Shown: positions 17,871 to 31,156, counted from the stretch's first letter. The stretch is 64,000 nt of DNA from Verrucomicrobiota bacterium (GCA_025360015.1 JANYCZ010000049.1:41793-105792); one strand, 5' to 3'. Notes: a model not told the origin generated them from the sequence alone. Numbers and translations: made by a program.

Positions 17871-19589
17871 TCAAGTCGCCGAGGCGTCGGGCAGGGGGGC
17901 GCTGCGGTTGCGTGGGCGGGCGATCTGCGGCTTGCGCTTGGAGAGGCGGAATTTGAAGCTCGGCAGATCACGGTTCTGTGAGCGGTAATGGAACAGGATG
18001 AGCCCGAGGGTACCAAACAGCAGATGCGGCATCCACACCGTGAGCCAGGTGGGCAGATGCCCGCCTTTGCCCAAGTTGAGGAATAGATTGTTCATGAACA
18101 TGAAGATGAAGAAGATGAACACACTGCCGGCAATGCCGCCGACCGAGCCCCGGCGTGAGTAGGCCACGCCGAGCGGAGCGGCCACGAGCACCAGCGCCAT
18201 GGCCTGCCACGGCAGAGCGAAACGCTGCCAGAGGTGCGTGCGAAAGGGCGCGAGCTTGTCATCCGCCGCTTTCGGGTGGGCGCGCAGGTAGGAGACGAGC
18301 TCCGGCACGCTCATGAAATCGGGACGCAGCGCATAGCTGACGAGGCTCCAGGGCGTCTCCTCGATGCCCTTCACTTCCAGGACGCGCTGGCCGTCCTTGC
18401 CCTCGGGAAATTCACGGATGGAGTTGACCTTGCCGTTTAGATAGATCAGCTCTTTGCCGTCATAAAAGCGCCAGCCAACGCGTGCGGACCAGCCCACGGT
18501 GGGTGCGATGATGGTGCGCGTGGGCTGCCCCTGCTTGTCTTCCTCGCGGATCTGCACGCCGTGCATGCGCTCGGCCCCGCTGCGCATGGAGAAGGGGAAA
18601 GTGGCCACGTACCAGGTGCGGCGCGTCTGCTCATCATGAAACATGATGGCGGAGGCCATGATGGAATCCGCCGCGTGCACGCTCATGGCGCGGAAGACGG
18701 CCTCGCGGTTGCCTTCGGCACGCGGTGCCCAGTAGTAGCTGGCCGCCATGTCGAGCATGCAGGCATAGACGCTGCAGATGAAGATCGGGCGCAGCACGCG
18801 GAAGAGGCTCTGCCCGGTGCCCAGCATGGAGATGAGCTCATTCGCCTTTGACATGCGGGTGAGCGCATATAGCACCGCCAGCAGCAGGGCCACCGGCAGG
18901 ATCTGCGTGTAAACAAAGGGGATCATCCCCAGGTAAAAGGTGATGACGCGCACCACGCCGGAGTGGGAGTCCTGGAAGTCCTTCAAGTTGTCCAGCAGAT
19001 CCATGATGATCCACAGGGTGAAGAAGGACACAAAGCAGAACACCAGCGGGTGCAGGAAGGTGCGCAGGGTGTAGCGCTCCAGAATGCCGATGCGCCGGTA
19101 GTAGTGCAGGGCAAACGGCACTGAAAGATACACCAGAGCGATGAAGACGAGCTTGAAGGCAAAGGCCATGGGCACCGGCGGCTCGCCGATTTCCGTCATG
19201 TGCGAATGCGCGATGTAGTCCACCAGATCACTCGCGATGGCCCACACCGCCATGGAGACGGAGGCGACGCTGACCGGAAACATGAGGCGGCGCAGATCTC
19301 CCCAGCGGCGCCAGATGACGATGAGCAGCACCGGCACACCCAGCCGGACCCAAAGATTGAGATAGGGCAGCACTCGCGCGAGGATCAAGATGCCCTGCGG
19401 CACATCCATCTGGGACTGGTGCGCCTGCTGCAGCGCGGCATCCACTGCGTCATCCGGGTGCGTGCGGTGCCAGCCCATCAGCATGGAGATGATGAGCAGG
19501 GTGATGAGCACGGCAAAGGAACTCCGTCCCAAATAGGGGAGTTCACGCGCCTTTTGCCAGGCTTGGATCACACGTTGCTGCCACTTCAT
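17871..19589 (-). CDS. LptF/LptG-family permease with about 165-aa N-terminal membrane extension
   Basis: ILERYTLRTFL, ILPVALLLAVLYALTRMSKANELISMLGTG, RFALPW...LVAAPLG, WLTVWMPHLLF. Confidence 0.88.
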   Translation of the reverse strand: MKWQQRVIQAWQKARELPYLGRSSFAVLITLLIISMLMGWHRTHPDDAVDAALQQAHQSQMDVPQGILILARVLPYLNLWVRLGVPVLLIVIWRRWGDLRRLMFPVSVASVSMAVWAIASDLVDYIAHSHMTEIGEPPVPMAFAFKLVFIALVYLSVPFALHYYRRIGILERYTLRTFLHPLVFCFVSFFTLWIIMDLLDNLKDFQDSHSGVVRVITFYLGMIPFVYTQILPVALLLAVLYALTRMSKANELISMLGTGQSLFRVLRPIFICSVYACMLDMAASYYWAPRAEGNREAVFRAMSVHAADSIMASAIMFHDEQTRRTWYVATFPFSMRSGAERMHGVQIREEDKQGQPTRTIIAPTVGWSARVGWRFYDGKELIYLNGKVNSIREFPEGKDGQRVLEVKGIEETPWSLVSYALRPDFMSVPELVSYLRAHPKAADDKLAPFRTHLWQRFALPWQAMALVLVAAPLGVAYSRRGSVGGIAGSVFIFFIFMFMNNLFLNLGKGGHLPTWLTVWMPHLLFGTLGLILFHYRSQNRDLPSFKFRLSKRKPQIARPRNRSAPLPDASAT

Positions 19590-19654
19590 GCCGGAGGGGG
19601 GGGCTTGAGAGTCGGTTAAAGCGCCCGATGCGTCAAGGCTGCTCGGTTACCGGA

Positions 19655-19885
19655 CAAAAAGAAGCCCGGATCGTGAGGCGTAGGACGGGTGTGGCGACAG
19701 CCCGCCCGTCTGCGAGCGTACGGCAACGCACCATGGCTTACGAACACCCTCGCAGTCGGGAGGTTTGGCGAAGCGTGCGGTGGAGCATCCGAGCACCCTC
19801 GACGCCAAACACACCCAACCTACGATCAAGCTGCGCCCAAGCGGGACGCAGCCTTGGAAGAGATGAGATCAAAAAGAAGCCCGGA
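19655..19885. mobile_element. REPIN/MITE-like 215-bp insertion bounded by a 16-bp direct repeat
   Basis: caaaaagaagcccgga at 19655-19670 and 19870-19885; internal inverted GTAG-type ends at 19679-19693 and 19810-19824. Confidence 0.55.
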
Positions 19886-19904
19886 GGTTTGAGCTCCGGG
19901 CTTC
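19871..19904 (-). terminator. Rho-independent terminator
   Basis: Minus strand: gaagcccggag-ctcaaac-ctccgggcttc followed by ttttt, just after the PQQ-repeat gene. Confidence 0.8.
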
Positions 19905-19931
19905 AAATGGTTAAACTAGTCCTGGATCGGA

Positions 19932-21194
19932 TCAGTTCAAATCCAGGCAGACGCCTTCAGTCGTGCTGCGGGCGAAGATTTTGCCGTTGGCCAGGATCGG
20001 ATAGCTCCAGACCTTGCCTTCCAGCACGTCTTTGCGCGCCACTTCCTTGTACTGGTCCGGCTTGGCTTCCACCACAACGATTTCGCCCTTGTCGCTGGCG
20101 GCGATGATTTTGTCGCCAGCGAGGATAACCTGGCCGGGGCCGAAGCCTTTTTCAGCCCACTTGTCTTCGCCGGTGCGGATGTCCACGCAGGCCAGGGGAC
20201 CGGCACCGTATTCCTTGAAGCTGAACATGCCGTAGAGGTAGCCGTCTTTGACGACCGGGGTGCTCCAGTGATTGAAGCACTGGTTTTCACGCCGCCAGAT
20301 CTGGGTGGCTTCGAGCTTGCCGCCCGCCTTGCTGATCTTGAAGGCACCGGCACCCACGCCATAACCGGCGGAGCAGTACACGATGTCCTGATACACCACG
20401 GGGGAGGCGGCGGTGCTCACTTTGTAGGGGAAGGGCGCGCGCCAGATGACGGTGCCCTTCTGCGGGTTCACCGCGACGAGGCCCGTCTGCGTGAAGAAGA
20501 TGGCCTGGTGCACGCCGAGGATGTCAGCCAGCACGGGGGTGGCGTGGGTCATCTTGTCGTCCTCACCCTTCCACAGGATTTTGCCGGTGTTCTTGTCCAG
20601 GCCGATGAGCCCCTGGCCCTTGCCGCCGCCGGCGAGCAGGAGGACGTTGCCGTCGATGACAGGAGACGCGGCGTTTTCCCACTTGAGCTGCACGCCGTCG
20701 TTGTCCTTCATCACGTCGTGGTTCCAGACGAGTTTGCCGCTTGCGGCATCGAAGCAGAAGACGCCCAGCATGGAGTCGATGGCGTAGACTTTGCCCGCAT
20801 TGACCACCGGGGTGGAGCGGGAGCCGTCGCCGCCTTTGTTGTCGGGCGTGCCGGAGTCGCCGCCGCCGTCGTACTTGGGAATGACGCTGAGAGGCTTGCT
20901 CCACAGCTCTTTGCCGGTCTTTTCATCCAGGCAAGCGAGCATTTCGCCGCTGTTGCCGTCGGTTTCGCCCGTGACGAGGGTGTACACCTTGCCGCCTGCC
21001 ACCGCAAAGGAGCTGAAGCCGAGGTGAGTGGGCGATTTCCAGACCTGCTTGAGGCTCCATTTGGCATTGGCCACCGCCGGAACGATGCCGTTGCCGGCAG
21101 GACCACGGAAGGTGCCCCAGTCGGTAGGGTCGGCAGAAAAGGCGGTCGTGGCCATGGCCAGACCGAGAACGGTGGTGAGATGGGTGCGAGTCAT
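19932..21194 (-). CDS. PQQ-binding-like beta-propeller repeat protein, exported
   Basis: Signal peptide, DWGTFRGPAGNG, repeated CLDxKTGKxLW and STPVV motifs. Confidence 0.9.
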   Translation of the reverse strand: MTRTHLTTVLGLAMATTAFSADPTDWGTFRGPAGNGIVPAVANAKWSLKQVWKSPTHLGFSSFAVAGGKVYTLVTGETDGNSGEMLACLDEKTGKELWSKPLSVIPKYDGGGDSGTPDNKGGDGSRSTPVVNAGKVYAIDSMLGVFCFDAASGKLVWNHDVMKDNDGVQLKWENAASPVIDGNVLLLAGGGKGQGLIGLDKNTGKILWKGEDDKMTHATPVLADILGVHQAIFFTQTGLVAVNPQKGTVIWRAPFPYKVSTAASPVVYQDIVYCSAGYGVGAGAFKISKAGGKLEATQIWRRENQCFNHWSTPVVKDGYLYGMFSFKEYGAGPLACVDIRTGEDKWAEKGFGPGQVILAGDKIIAASDKGEIVVVEAKPDQYKEVARKDVLEGKVWSYPILANGKIFARSTTEGVCLDLN

Positions 21195-21274
21195 GATGAG
21201 AAAAGGGAACGAACGTCGCCGGGAGGCTCTTTCGATTCAACGGTCCGCACCGCACGACAAGGCGGCTGGCGGAG

Positions 21275-21856
21275 TTACTCCGTGGGCCGGCGGGAGCGGG
21301 GCTCACGCGTCACGGTATCGCCAATGCCAGCGTTGGTGACGAAGGGGCCGTCCGCCATCGGCGCGGTCTTGGTGAAGCCGACGTCAGGCATGTCGCTAGG
21401 CTTGCCTTCGAGCGGGAAGTCTTTGCGCAGCGGGAAGTAGGGGTAACCTTCCCACATGAGTATGCGGCGCAGGTCAGGGTGACCGCTGAATTTGATGCCC
21501 ATCATGTCGTACACCTCGCGCTCATGCCAGTCGGCGGTGGGCCAGATGTCGCTGACGGTGGGGACTTCCACATCCTCGGCCACAGCGGCGCGCACACGCA
21601 GATGCTGCAAATGACCGTAGCCATAGAGATGATACACCATCTCGAAACGCGGCTCTTTGCCCATGTAGTCGAGGCTGCAAACATCGACGAGGTAGTCGAA
21701 ATTCAGCTCATCGCGGCAGTACTTGAGCAGCGGCTTGGCGCTGGCGAGCTTGACGATGAGGGTCTGTTCCCCGCGAAACTCCTTCGTTTCCAGCACGGCA
21801 TCGCTGAATTTCTGCTTCAGGGCGTCAACCATTTGGGCGGCAGTCATGGTCGTCAA
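21275..21856 (-). CDS. nuoC: NADH-quinone oxidoreductase subunit C
   Basis: FDYLVDVCSLDY, RFEMVYHL, ADWHEREVYDMMGIKFSGHPDLRRILM. Confidence 0.95.
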   Translation of the reverse strand: MTTMTAAQMVDALKQKFSDAVLETKEFRGEQTLIVKLASAKPLLKYCRDELNFDYLVDVCSLDYMGKEPRFEMVYHLYGYGHLQHLRVRAAVAEDVEVPTVSDIWPTADWHEREVYDMMGIKFSGHPDLRRILMWEGYPYFPLRKDFPLEGKPSDMPDVGFTKTAPMADGPFVTNAGIGDTVTREPRSRRPTE

Positions 21857-21860
21857 AAAA

Positions 21861-22397
21861 TTAAGCGGTGAGTTCGGCGATCAGTTCCTTCTTCTGGTCG
21901 GTGAAGGAGTGCTCGGTTTCGATCTTGCGCTGCAGGCGCATCATGCCTTCGAGCAGCGCTTCAGGGCGCGGCGGGCAGCCGGAAATGTAAACGTCCACCG
22001 GGATGATCTGGTCCACACCCTGGAGCACCGCGTAGCTGCGGTACATGCCGCCGCTGGAGGCGCAGGCACCCATGGCGATGCACCACTTCGGCTCCGGCAT
22101 CTGGTCCCACACGCGCTTCACCGCGAGGGCCATCTTGTAAGTCACCGTGCCGGCCACGATCATCACGTCCGCCTGACGGGGCGAGAAACGCATCACCTCC
22201 GCACCGAAGCGGCTCAGGTCGTAGCGGCTGCAAGCAGCGGCCATCATTTCAATGGCGCAGCAGGCCAGGCCCATCGGCATCGGCCACATGGAGTTCTTGC
22301 GCATCCAGTTGATGGCGGCGTCCATCTTGGTGAAGATGATATTGCCTTCAACTTTCGAGTCGTAAGCAGCAATGGTGGAATCAGCGGAGGCGACCAT
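21861..22397 (-). CDS. nuoB: NADH-quinone oxidoreductase subunit B
   Basis: [47 protein letters not shown]. Confidence 0.97.
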   Translation of the reverse strand: MVASADSTIAAYDSKVEGNIIFTKMDAAINWMRKNSMWPMPMGLACCAIEMMAAACSRYDLSRFGAEVMRFSPRQADVMIVAGTVTYKMALAVKRVWDQMPEPKWCIAMGACASSGGMYRSYAVLQGVDQIIPVDVYISGCPPRPEALLEGMMRLQRKIETEHSFTDQKKELIAELTA

Positions 22398-22458
22398 GGG
22401 TATCGGGGGATTAGTGGACAGTGAGATTTACGCCCCCTGCGCAGGAGCGGCAATCGGA

Positions 22459-22476
22459 TTGTGAAACTTTTCACAA
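22459..22476. promoter_or_regulatory. Rex operator candidate
   Basis: TTGTGAA-actt-TTCACAA, an exact match to the Rex consensus TTGTGAANNNNTTCACAA, 61 bp upstream of nuoB. Confidence 0.75.
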
Positions 22477-22498
22477 GCGAGACTGCGCATGAATCATG

Positions 22499-22504
22499 AT
22501 TATA
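22499..22504 (-). promoter_or_regulatory. -10 box candidate for nuoBC
   Basis: TATAAT on the minus strand just upstream of the Rex site; no convincing -35. Confidence 0.45.
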
Positions 22505-22571
22505 AGCAAATTTGAGCGCCCCGAATGACAAAATTCTTGCCCTCAGGCACGGGGAACGCCTCTGTGCGGAC

Positions 22572-22775
22572 ATGTCCGACTCATTCCTTCGCTACACCGA
22601 TCTCGCCGCAGCGATTCAGTTGGCCAAGTCGCATGGGATGAATACAGAACAGATCATCCGGGCGCTAACTGGCAGCATGGTTTATAAAGATGCGCTTCGC
22701 CTCGCCAAGAGGGCCGCACCGCTCATGGACCTTTCGGTTCAGGAGTTCATGCACCTCCGTAAAAATCAGCTTTGA
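22572..22775 (+). CDS. Hypothetical small protein (67 aa)
   Basis: MSDSFLRYTDLAAAIQLAK...; ATG chosen inside ORF 22512..22775; divergent from nuoB. Confidence 0.6.
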   Translation: MSDSFLRYTDLAAAIQLAKSHGMNTEQIIRALTGSMVYKDALRLAKRAAPLMDLSVQEFMHLRKNQL

Positions 22776-22961
22776 TCAAGCCTCTTCCACTTTGGCAATG
22801 AATCGCTCGCTGTAGCCCTCTTTGAGGAGCTGATCCCGTTTCACAGGCTTGCCCTTCGCAGCCGCGTGCTGCTTGACAGCCAGGAGCAACTGCGAAATGC
22901 CTTGATCAAGCAACTGGTCTTCGCTCTTGATCTTTTTTGAGGCGCTGGCGGTTTTTGGCAT
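22776..22961 (-). CDS. Hypothetical small basic protein (61 aa), probably leaderless
   Basis: ATG lies 6 nt downstream of a well-spaced sigma70-like promoter. Confidence 0.7.
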   Translation of the reverse strand: MPKTASASKKIKSEDQLLDQGISQLLLAVKQHAAAKGKPVKRDQLLKEGYSERFIAKVEEA

Positions 22962-22967
22962 GAGGAA

Positions 22968-22996
22968 ATAATAAGCTCAATGACCATCTGCGACAA
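22968..22996 (-). promoter_or_regulatory. Sigma70-like promoter
   Basis: Minus strand TTGTCG-N17-TATTAT, then 6 nt to the ATG at 22961. Confidence 0.55.
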
Positions 22997-23037
22997 TCAC
23001 AAAGTTGGCTTGTCCCGTTAAACGCTTCATCCCGTCC

Positions 23038-23088
23038 AACTGCGCCAAGTGCCAGCGCAGTTGTGCCACATTTGACACTTTGGCACAA
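23038..23088. promoter_or_regulatory. Two adjacent dyad-symmetry sites upstream of dnaK
   Basis: AACTGCGC-N9-GCGCAGTT (23038-23062) and TTGTGCCA-N12-TGGCACAA (23061-23088). Confidence 0.45.
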
Positions 23089-23166
23089 ACCTTGACCTCC
23101 CATGAGTTGATGCCTGTTCGTTTTACTTCGCTCATAATCAATGTGTTGAGTTTATAAAAGCCCACC

Positions 23167-25199
<2,033 letters not shown>

Positions 25200-25302
25200 T
25201 TCAACTCCTCGAGTCCTCTCCTGAGTTCCTATGGCTGGTGCTAATACATTGATCTCGAAAATCCTTCCAGGATTGCCGCAAAACGGCGTCCTGGAAGGAC
25301 GC

Positions 25303-25505
25303 GAGATATTAGCCGGTGGTGCAACCACCGGTTCGTATCGCATGCCCTCGGTTCTCTCCCGTGGCGCGCCGGTAGGTGCGCGAGAAGCGTCCGCAGTCGG
25401 CACGTCGCCGGTTGGCGGGTGCTTCTCGCGCCCCTCCAGGGCGCTGCCTTCTTCCACGAGGGGAAATCGCGTGGGTCCGGTGGTTTCACCACCGGCTAAT
25501 ATCTC
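25303..25505. repeat. Inverted pair of 29-bp self-palindromic REP units
   Basis: gagatattagccggtggtgcaaccaccgg (25303-25331) and ccggtggtttcaccaccggctaatatctc (25477-25505); 1 mismatch as reverse complements. Confidence 0.8.
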
Positions 25506-25524
25506 CCGTGCCTCCGGCACGAAA

Positions 25525-25676
25525 AGTGGCCCGCACAGTCCTCTGTGCGGTGCTCCGCGCACGAATGGCCGTTCCTTCACTGCTCTTTCGCTTGGTCCGC
25601 AGGACTTCGGCGCTCAATTATCAAACGCTAACGCTCCGGCCTTCGGCGCGCCGCACAGCGGACTGTGCGGACCACT
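25525..25676. repeat. Inverted pair of 26-bp self-palindromic REP units
   Basis: agtggcccgcacagtcctctgtgcgg (25525-25550) and ccgcacagcggactgtgcggaccact (25651-25676); 2 mismatches as reverse complements. Confidence 0.8.
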
Positions 25677-25700
25677 TTCCAACCCCACCCCGCTGCCACG

Positions 25701-26285
25701 ATGAGTCTAGAGGCGCTCAAGGAACTGTCTGCACTCGACGGGGAGGCCAAAGGCCTCCTTGCGAGGCATGATGAGCTCTTGCTGAAGATGCGCCGCACTT
25801 TTCTCAACAAGATCGTGGAATGCTTCACTGGGCTGACTGAAGCCGAGGGCTTCCGCACCACGCGTGATCCGATGGGGGCAACCGCCCGGCTCTCTGAGAC
25901 GGAACTGATGATCAGCTGCACGGACCCCTCCCACACACTGGTGGATTCCCAGGCGAAATATTCGGTGACCTGCTCGCTGGCCCTGAACCGCGCCTACGGC
26001 ATCCTGCTATGCCGCCAGCCCCTGGTGCAGTTCACCAATCAAAGCGCTGACACGAACGACCAGATCACGAACAAAAAGCTGGAGATCGAGTACCTGAAGT
26101 CGCTGATCGAAAACCAGGGCGGTGATCAATGGTTCGTCATGGGCCGCCTGGAAAACACCGCCGACATGCGTGGTTTTACCGGCATGCTGGGCGCGCCCTA
26201 TGAGTACTTCCAGGCCTTCGATCAGGCCATGAAAACCGCGCTGAGTGAAATCTCCAACGCAGCCATCGCCCCCCGCGCCGCATGA
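25701..26285 (+). CDS. Hypothetical protein
   Basis: MSLEALKELSALDG..., host-like codon usage, ATGA overlap with the next gene. Confidence 0.75.
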   Translation: MSLEALKELSALDGEAKGLLARHDELLLKMRRTFLNKIVECFTGLTEAEGFRTTRDPMGATARLSETELMISCTDPSHTLVDSQAKYSVTCSLALNRAYGILLCRQPLVQFTNQSADTNDQITNKKLEIEYLKSLIENQGGDQWFVMGRLENTADMRGFTGMLGAPYEYFQAFDQAMKTALSEISNAAIAPRAA

Positions 26286-26896
26286 AGACGAACACCCTTC
26301 TCCTCATGACGGCACTGGTCCTCGCCTCCTGCGGCAAATCGCCCGAGGCTGCCAAGACCACCCCTTCACCAGCAGCGCCGAAGGCGGCGGCTGTTTCAGA
26401 CTCCCTCATCGACGCTGAAATCTCCAGCGCGCTCAGCACGCCTGCACCGGCCGTTTCCGCCGCCGACGAAGCTTTGAAGAGCGAAGCCGACAGCATAATG
26501 GCGAATTACCCCGGCAAGACCGCCACCGAGCTGCTCAACACGCCGGAAGTGAAGAGCAAGCTGGACGTGGCGATGGACAAACTCGGCAAGGATCCCGTGC
26601 TGCTGAAGCGCGTGAACTCCACCGTGGAGCTCGCCGCGCAAATCAAAGGTCTCGAAGGTGCGGCGAAGCTTGACCTGGACATGAAAGGCTACGATCAGGC
26701 ACGCACCTCACGCATGCTGCAGTCCGTGCTTTCCGAAGAGCCGCAGCGCATCGTGGATTTTCTCGTCAGTGAGATCGGCGAGGCCGCTCCTGATCTCAGC
26801 TATGGCGGCCTGGAGCGTGCGCCGAATGGCGTCGCCATCGTCCCCAACACAATTCCCGCGCCAGCCGCTGCGGCACCGCCCACCGACCCCGAATAA
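26282..26896 (+). CDS. Hypothetical lipoprotein
   Basis: Lipobox VLASC followed by an Ala/Pro-rich linker. Confidence 0.8.
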   Translation: MKTNTLLLMTALVLASCGKSPEAAKTTPSPAAPKAAAVSDSLIDAEISSALSTPAPAVSAADEALKSEADSIMANYPGKTATELLNTPEVKSKLDVAMDKLGKDPVLLKRVNSTVELAAQIKGLEGAAKLDLDMKGYDQARTSRMLQSVLSEEPQRIVDFLVSEIGEAAPDLSYGGLERAPNGVAIVPNTIPAPAAAAPPTDPE

Positions 26897-27004
26897 ATTT
26901 CCGCCCGGCCAGCCGGCACACCCAACCCGTGTGACAGCAGGCCGGGCAGACAACCCGAACCAAACTAGAACCCAAAAGCTCTAAAAGCACAAACCAGACC
27001 AACT

Positions 27005-28973
<1,969 letters not shown>

Positions 28974-29032
28974 TTCATTGACCGCTGCGCGACCCAACCC
29001 GCGTGGCGACTCAAAGACCCAAATCCCCCCAG

Positions 29033-29064
29033 GCGGCCCGGAAGCAATTCCGGGCCGCTTTTTT
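29033..29064 (+). terminator. Rho-independent terminator after groEL
   Basis: gcggcccggaa-gcaa-ttccgggccgc followed by tttttt. Confidence 0.88.
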
Positions 29065-29107
29065 GTACTCGTCTTGGAACAAGAGTTTCGTAACATCGCA
29101 CTCTCTC

Positions 29108-29617
29108 ATGAACATCCCCACCGCTCTCCGTCACCTCTCCGCCCTCACTCTTGCTCTGGCACTCTCCAGCTGCGCCACCAGCACGCCGAATGCCGTCATT
29201 GTCGCGCCTCTCACGGCGGTCATCTGCCAGGGGGATGCGGTCAATACCACGGTGATCACCTCAGATTCCCGCATGTCCGAAGAGGAATGCCAGATGCTCG
29301 GCAGCCAGATCACCCAAAATGTGCAGTCGATGGGGCAGTCTCCTTCCGGCGCCCCGAACAGCTACGAACTCGCGGTGAACATCACCCGTTATTCCCGAGG
29401 CAATGGCATGGTGCGTACCGTGCTCCCGGGCATGGGGCAGATCCGTCTGTATGGAACGGTGACGGTTTATCAGATGCCGAAGCGCATTCCGGTCGGTGAG
29501 TTCATGATCAACAAGAGCTTCATGATCGGCGGCCTGTATGGAGTGTCCGTGAGCATGAACACCATCGCCAACACCTACGCCCAGGCGGTCGCGAAGACGG
29601 TGTGTCAGGTGCGGTAG
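29108..29617 (+). CDS. Lipoprotein, DUF4410-like
   Basis: Lipobox ALSSC; ITRYSRGNGMVRTVLPGMGQIRL. Confidence 0.7.
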   Translation: MNIPTALRHLSALTLALALSSCATSTPNAVIVAPLTAVICQGDAVNTTVITSDSRMSEEECQMLGSQITQNVQSMGQSPSGAPNSYELAVNITRYSRGNGMVRTVLPGMGQIRLYGTVTVYQMPKRIPVGEFMINKSFMIGGLYGVSVSMNTIANTYAQAVAKTVCQVR

Positions 29618-29671
29618 TTTCCCGCAAGATTGGCGTCAAGAACATGGCGGCAGCGGCGTTCCCATCGTCCC

Positions 29672-31036
29672 ATGTTCCGACCCATCGCCCTGCTTCTTTT
29701 GGCCTGCGCACTTTCTGCCAGCGCCGCCAGCCAGCCCAACCTCGTTTTCATTCTCAGCGATGACCTCGCGCAGGGGGACCTGGGCTGCTACGGCCAGAAG
29801 CTGATCCAGACACCGAACCTCGACCGGATGGCGCAAGAGGGCACGCGCTACCTGCAGGGCTACTCCGGCACCAGCGTCTGCGCGCCTTCGCGTTCCTGCC
29901 TGCTGACCGGTTTGCACACAGGCCACTGCCCGATCCGGGCGAATCGCGAGATCGGCGCAGAAGGCCAGAAACCCCTGCCTGCCGGCACCATCACTGTGGC
30001 GCAAATTTTGCATGATGCGGGCTACGCGACCGCCTGCATGGGCAAGTGGGGCATGGGCATGTTCGACACCACCGGCAGTCCGCTGAAGCTCGGCTTTGAC
30101 CACTTCTACGGCTACAACTGCCAGCGCCACGCGCACAGCTACTTCCCCACCTACCTCTACAACAACGACCAGCGCTTCGACCTGCCCGGCAACACCGGTA
30201 AAGGGGTGGGCAAAACCTACGCCCAGCAGCTCATCTCCGACGAGGTCCTGCGCTGGGTGCGTGAGCACAAGGCTGGGCCGTTCTTCATGTACTTCGCCAT
30301 CACCCTGCCGCACGGCGACTTCGAGATCGACAGCCAGGGCATCTACCAGGACAAGCCGTGGACCGAAAAGCAGAAGAACTACGCCGCCATGGTCACCCGT
30401 CTGGACAGCGACGTGGGCCGCCTGCTCGACACGCTCAAGGACTGCGGCATTGATGACAACACGCTCGTTATGACCGCAGGCGACAACGGTTCGTCCTTTG
30501 CTCCCGACTCTGAGATGGGAAAGCTCTTTGATCAGGCCTCCAATGGCCTGCGCGGCTACAAGCGCAGCCTGTATGAGGGCGGCTTGCGGCAGGCGGCTCT
30601 CGCCCGCTGGCCCGGCCAGGTGCCTGCGGGCCGTGTGACGGATGAGCCCTGGGCGTTCTGGGACTTCCTGCCCACCGCCGCCGAACTCGCGGGCGCAAAG
30701 ATCCCCACCGCCTGCAAGACCGACGGCCTCTCGCTGGTGTCCTTCCTCAAAGGCGGTCCCGCACCCAAGCGCGACCACTTTTACTGGGAACTCCACGAAG
30801 CGGCCTCCCTGCAAGCGGTGCGCTTTGGCGACTGGAAAGCCGTGCGCAACGGCCCGGAGACTCCCATCGAACTCTATGACCTCAAAACGGACGCGGCCGA
30901 GGCGCATGACCTTGCCAACGAGAAGCCCGAGCTCGTGGCCAAGGCGGGAGCCCTGATGCAGTCCTCCCGCACCGCCGATCCCGATTGGCCGCTGGTGCAG
31001 AAGCGGGCAGGGCAGGGAAGAAGCCCTAAACCTTGA
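29672..31036 (+). CDS. Arylsulfatase (formylglycine-dependent)
   Basis: [24 protein letters not shown] motif, [18 protein letters not shown]. Confidence 0.95.
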   Translation: MFRPIALLLLACALSASAASQPNLVFILSDDLAQGDLGCYGQKLIQTPNLDRMAQEGTRYLQGYSGTSVCAPSRSCLLTGLHTGHCPIRANREIGAEGQKPLPAGTITVAQILHDAGYATACMGKWGMGMFDTTGSPLKLGFDHFYGYNCQRHAHSYFPTYLYNNDQRFDLPGNTGKGVGKTYAQQLISDEVLRWVREHKAGPFFMYFAITLPHGDFEIDSQGIYQDKPWTEKQKNYAAMVTRLDSDVGRLLDTLKDCGIDDNTLVMTAGDNGSSFAPDSEMGKLFDQASNGLRGYKRSLYEGGLRQAALARWPGQVPAGRVTDEPWAFWDFLPTAAELAGAKIPTACKTDGLSLVSFLKGGPAPKRDHFYWELHEAASLQAVRFGDWKAVRNGPETPIELYDLKTDAAEAHDLANEKPELVAKAGALMQSSRTADPDWPLVQKRAGQGRSPKP

Positions 31037-31156
31037 TTCACAGTGGGGTAGTACTAAAAATTAAAGGGGCTAAAGTGCTATTATTTTGAAATTCCATGAA
31101 ATTGAGAGTGAAGAAAGCTTGATTATTTATGGAAATTTTAATAGATTTGAATCCGC

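Noticed and set aside
22977-23165. 62-aa minus-strand ORF
   Set aside because: It overlaps a well-formed promoter and two dyads, so the region is better explained as regulatory DNA; no family was recognised.
25262-25676. CRISPR array
   Set aside because: The repeats are inverted pairs of two different types, not direct repeats with regular spacers, and there are no cas genes.
26897-27004. CIRCE or sigma54 site upstream of groES
   Set aside because: ggcacac...gtgtg lacks the TTAGCACTC-N9-GAGTGCTAA arms and the -12 GC.
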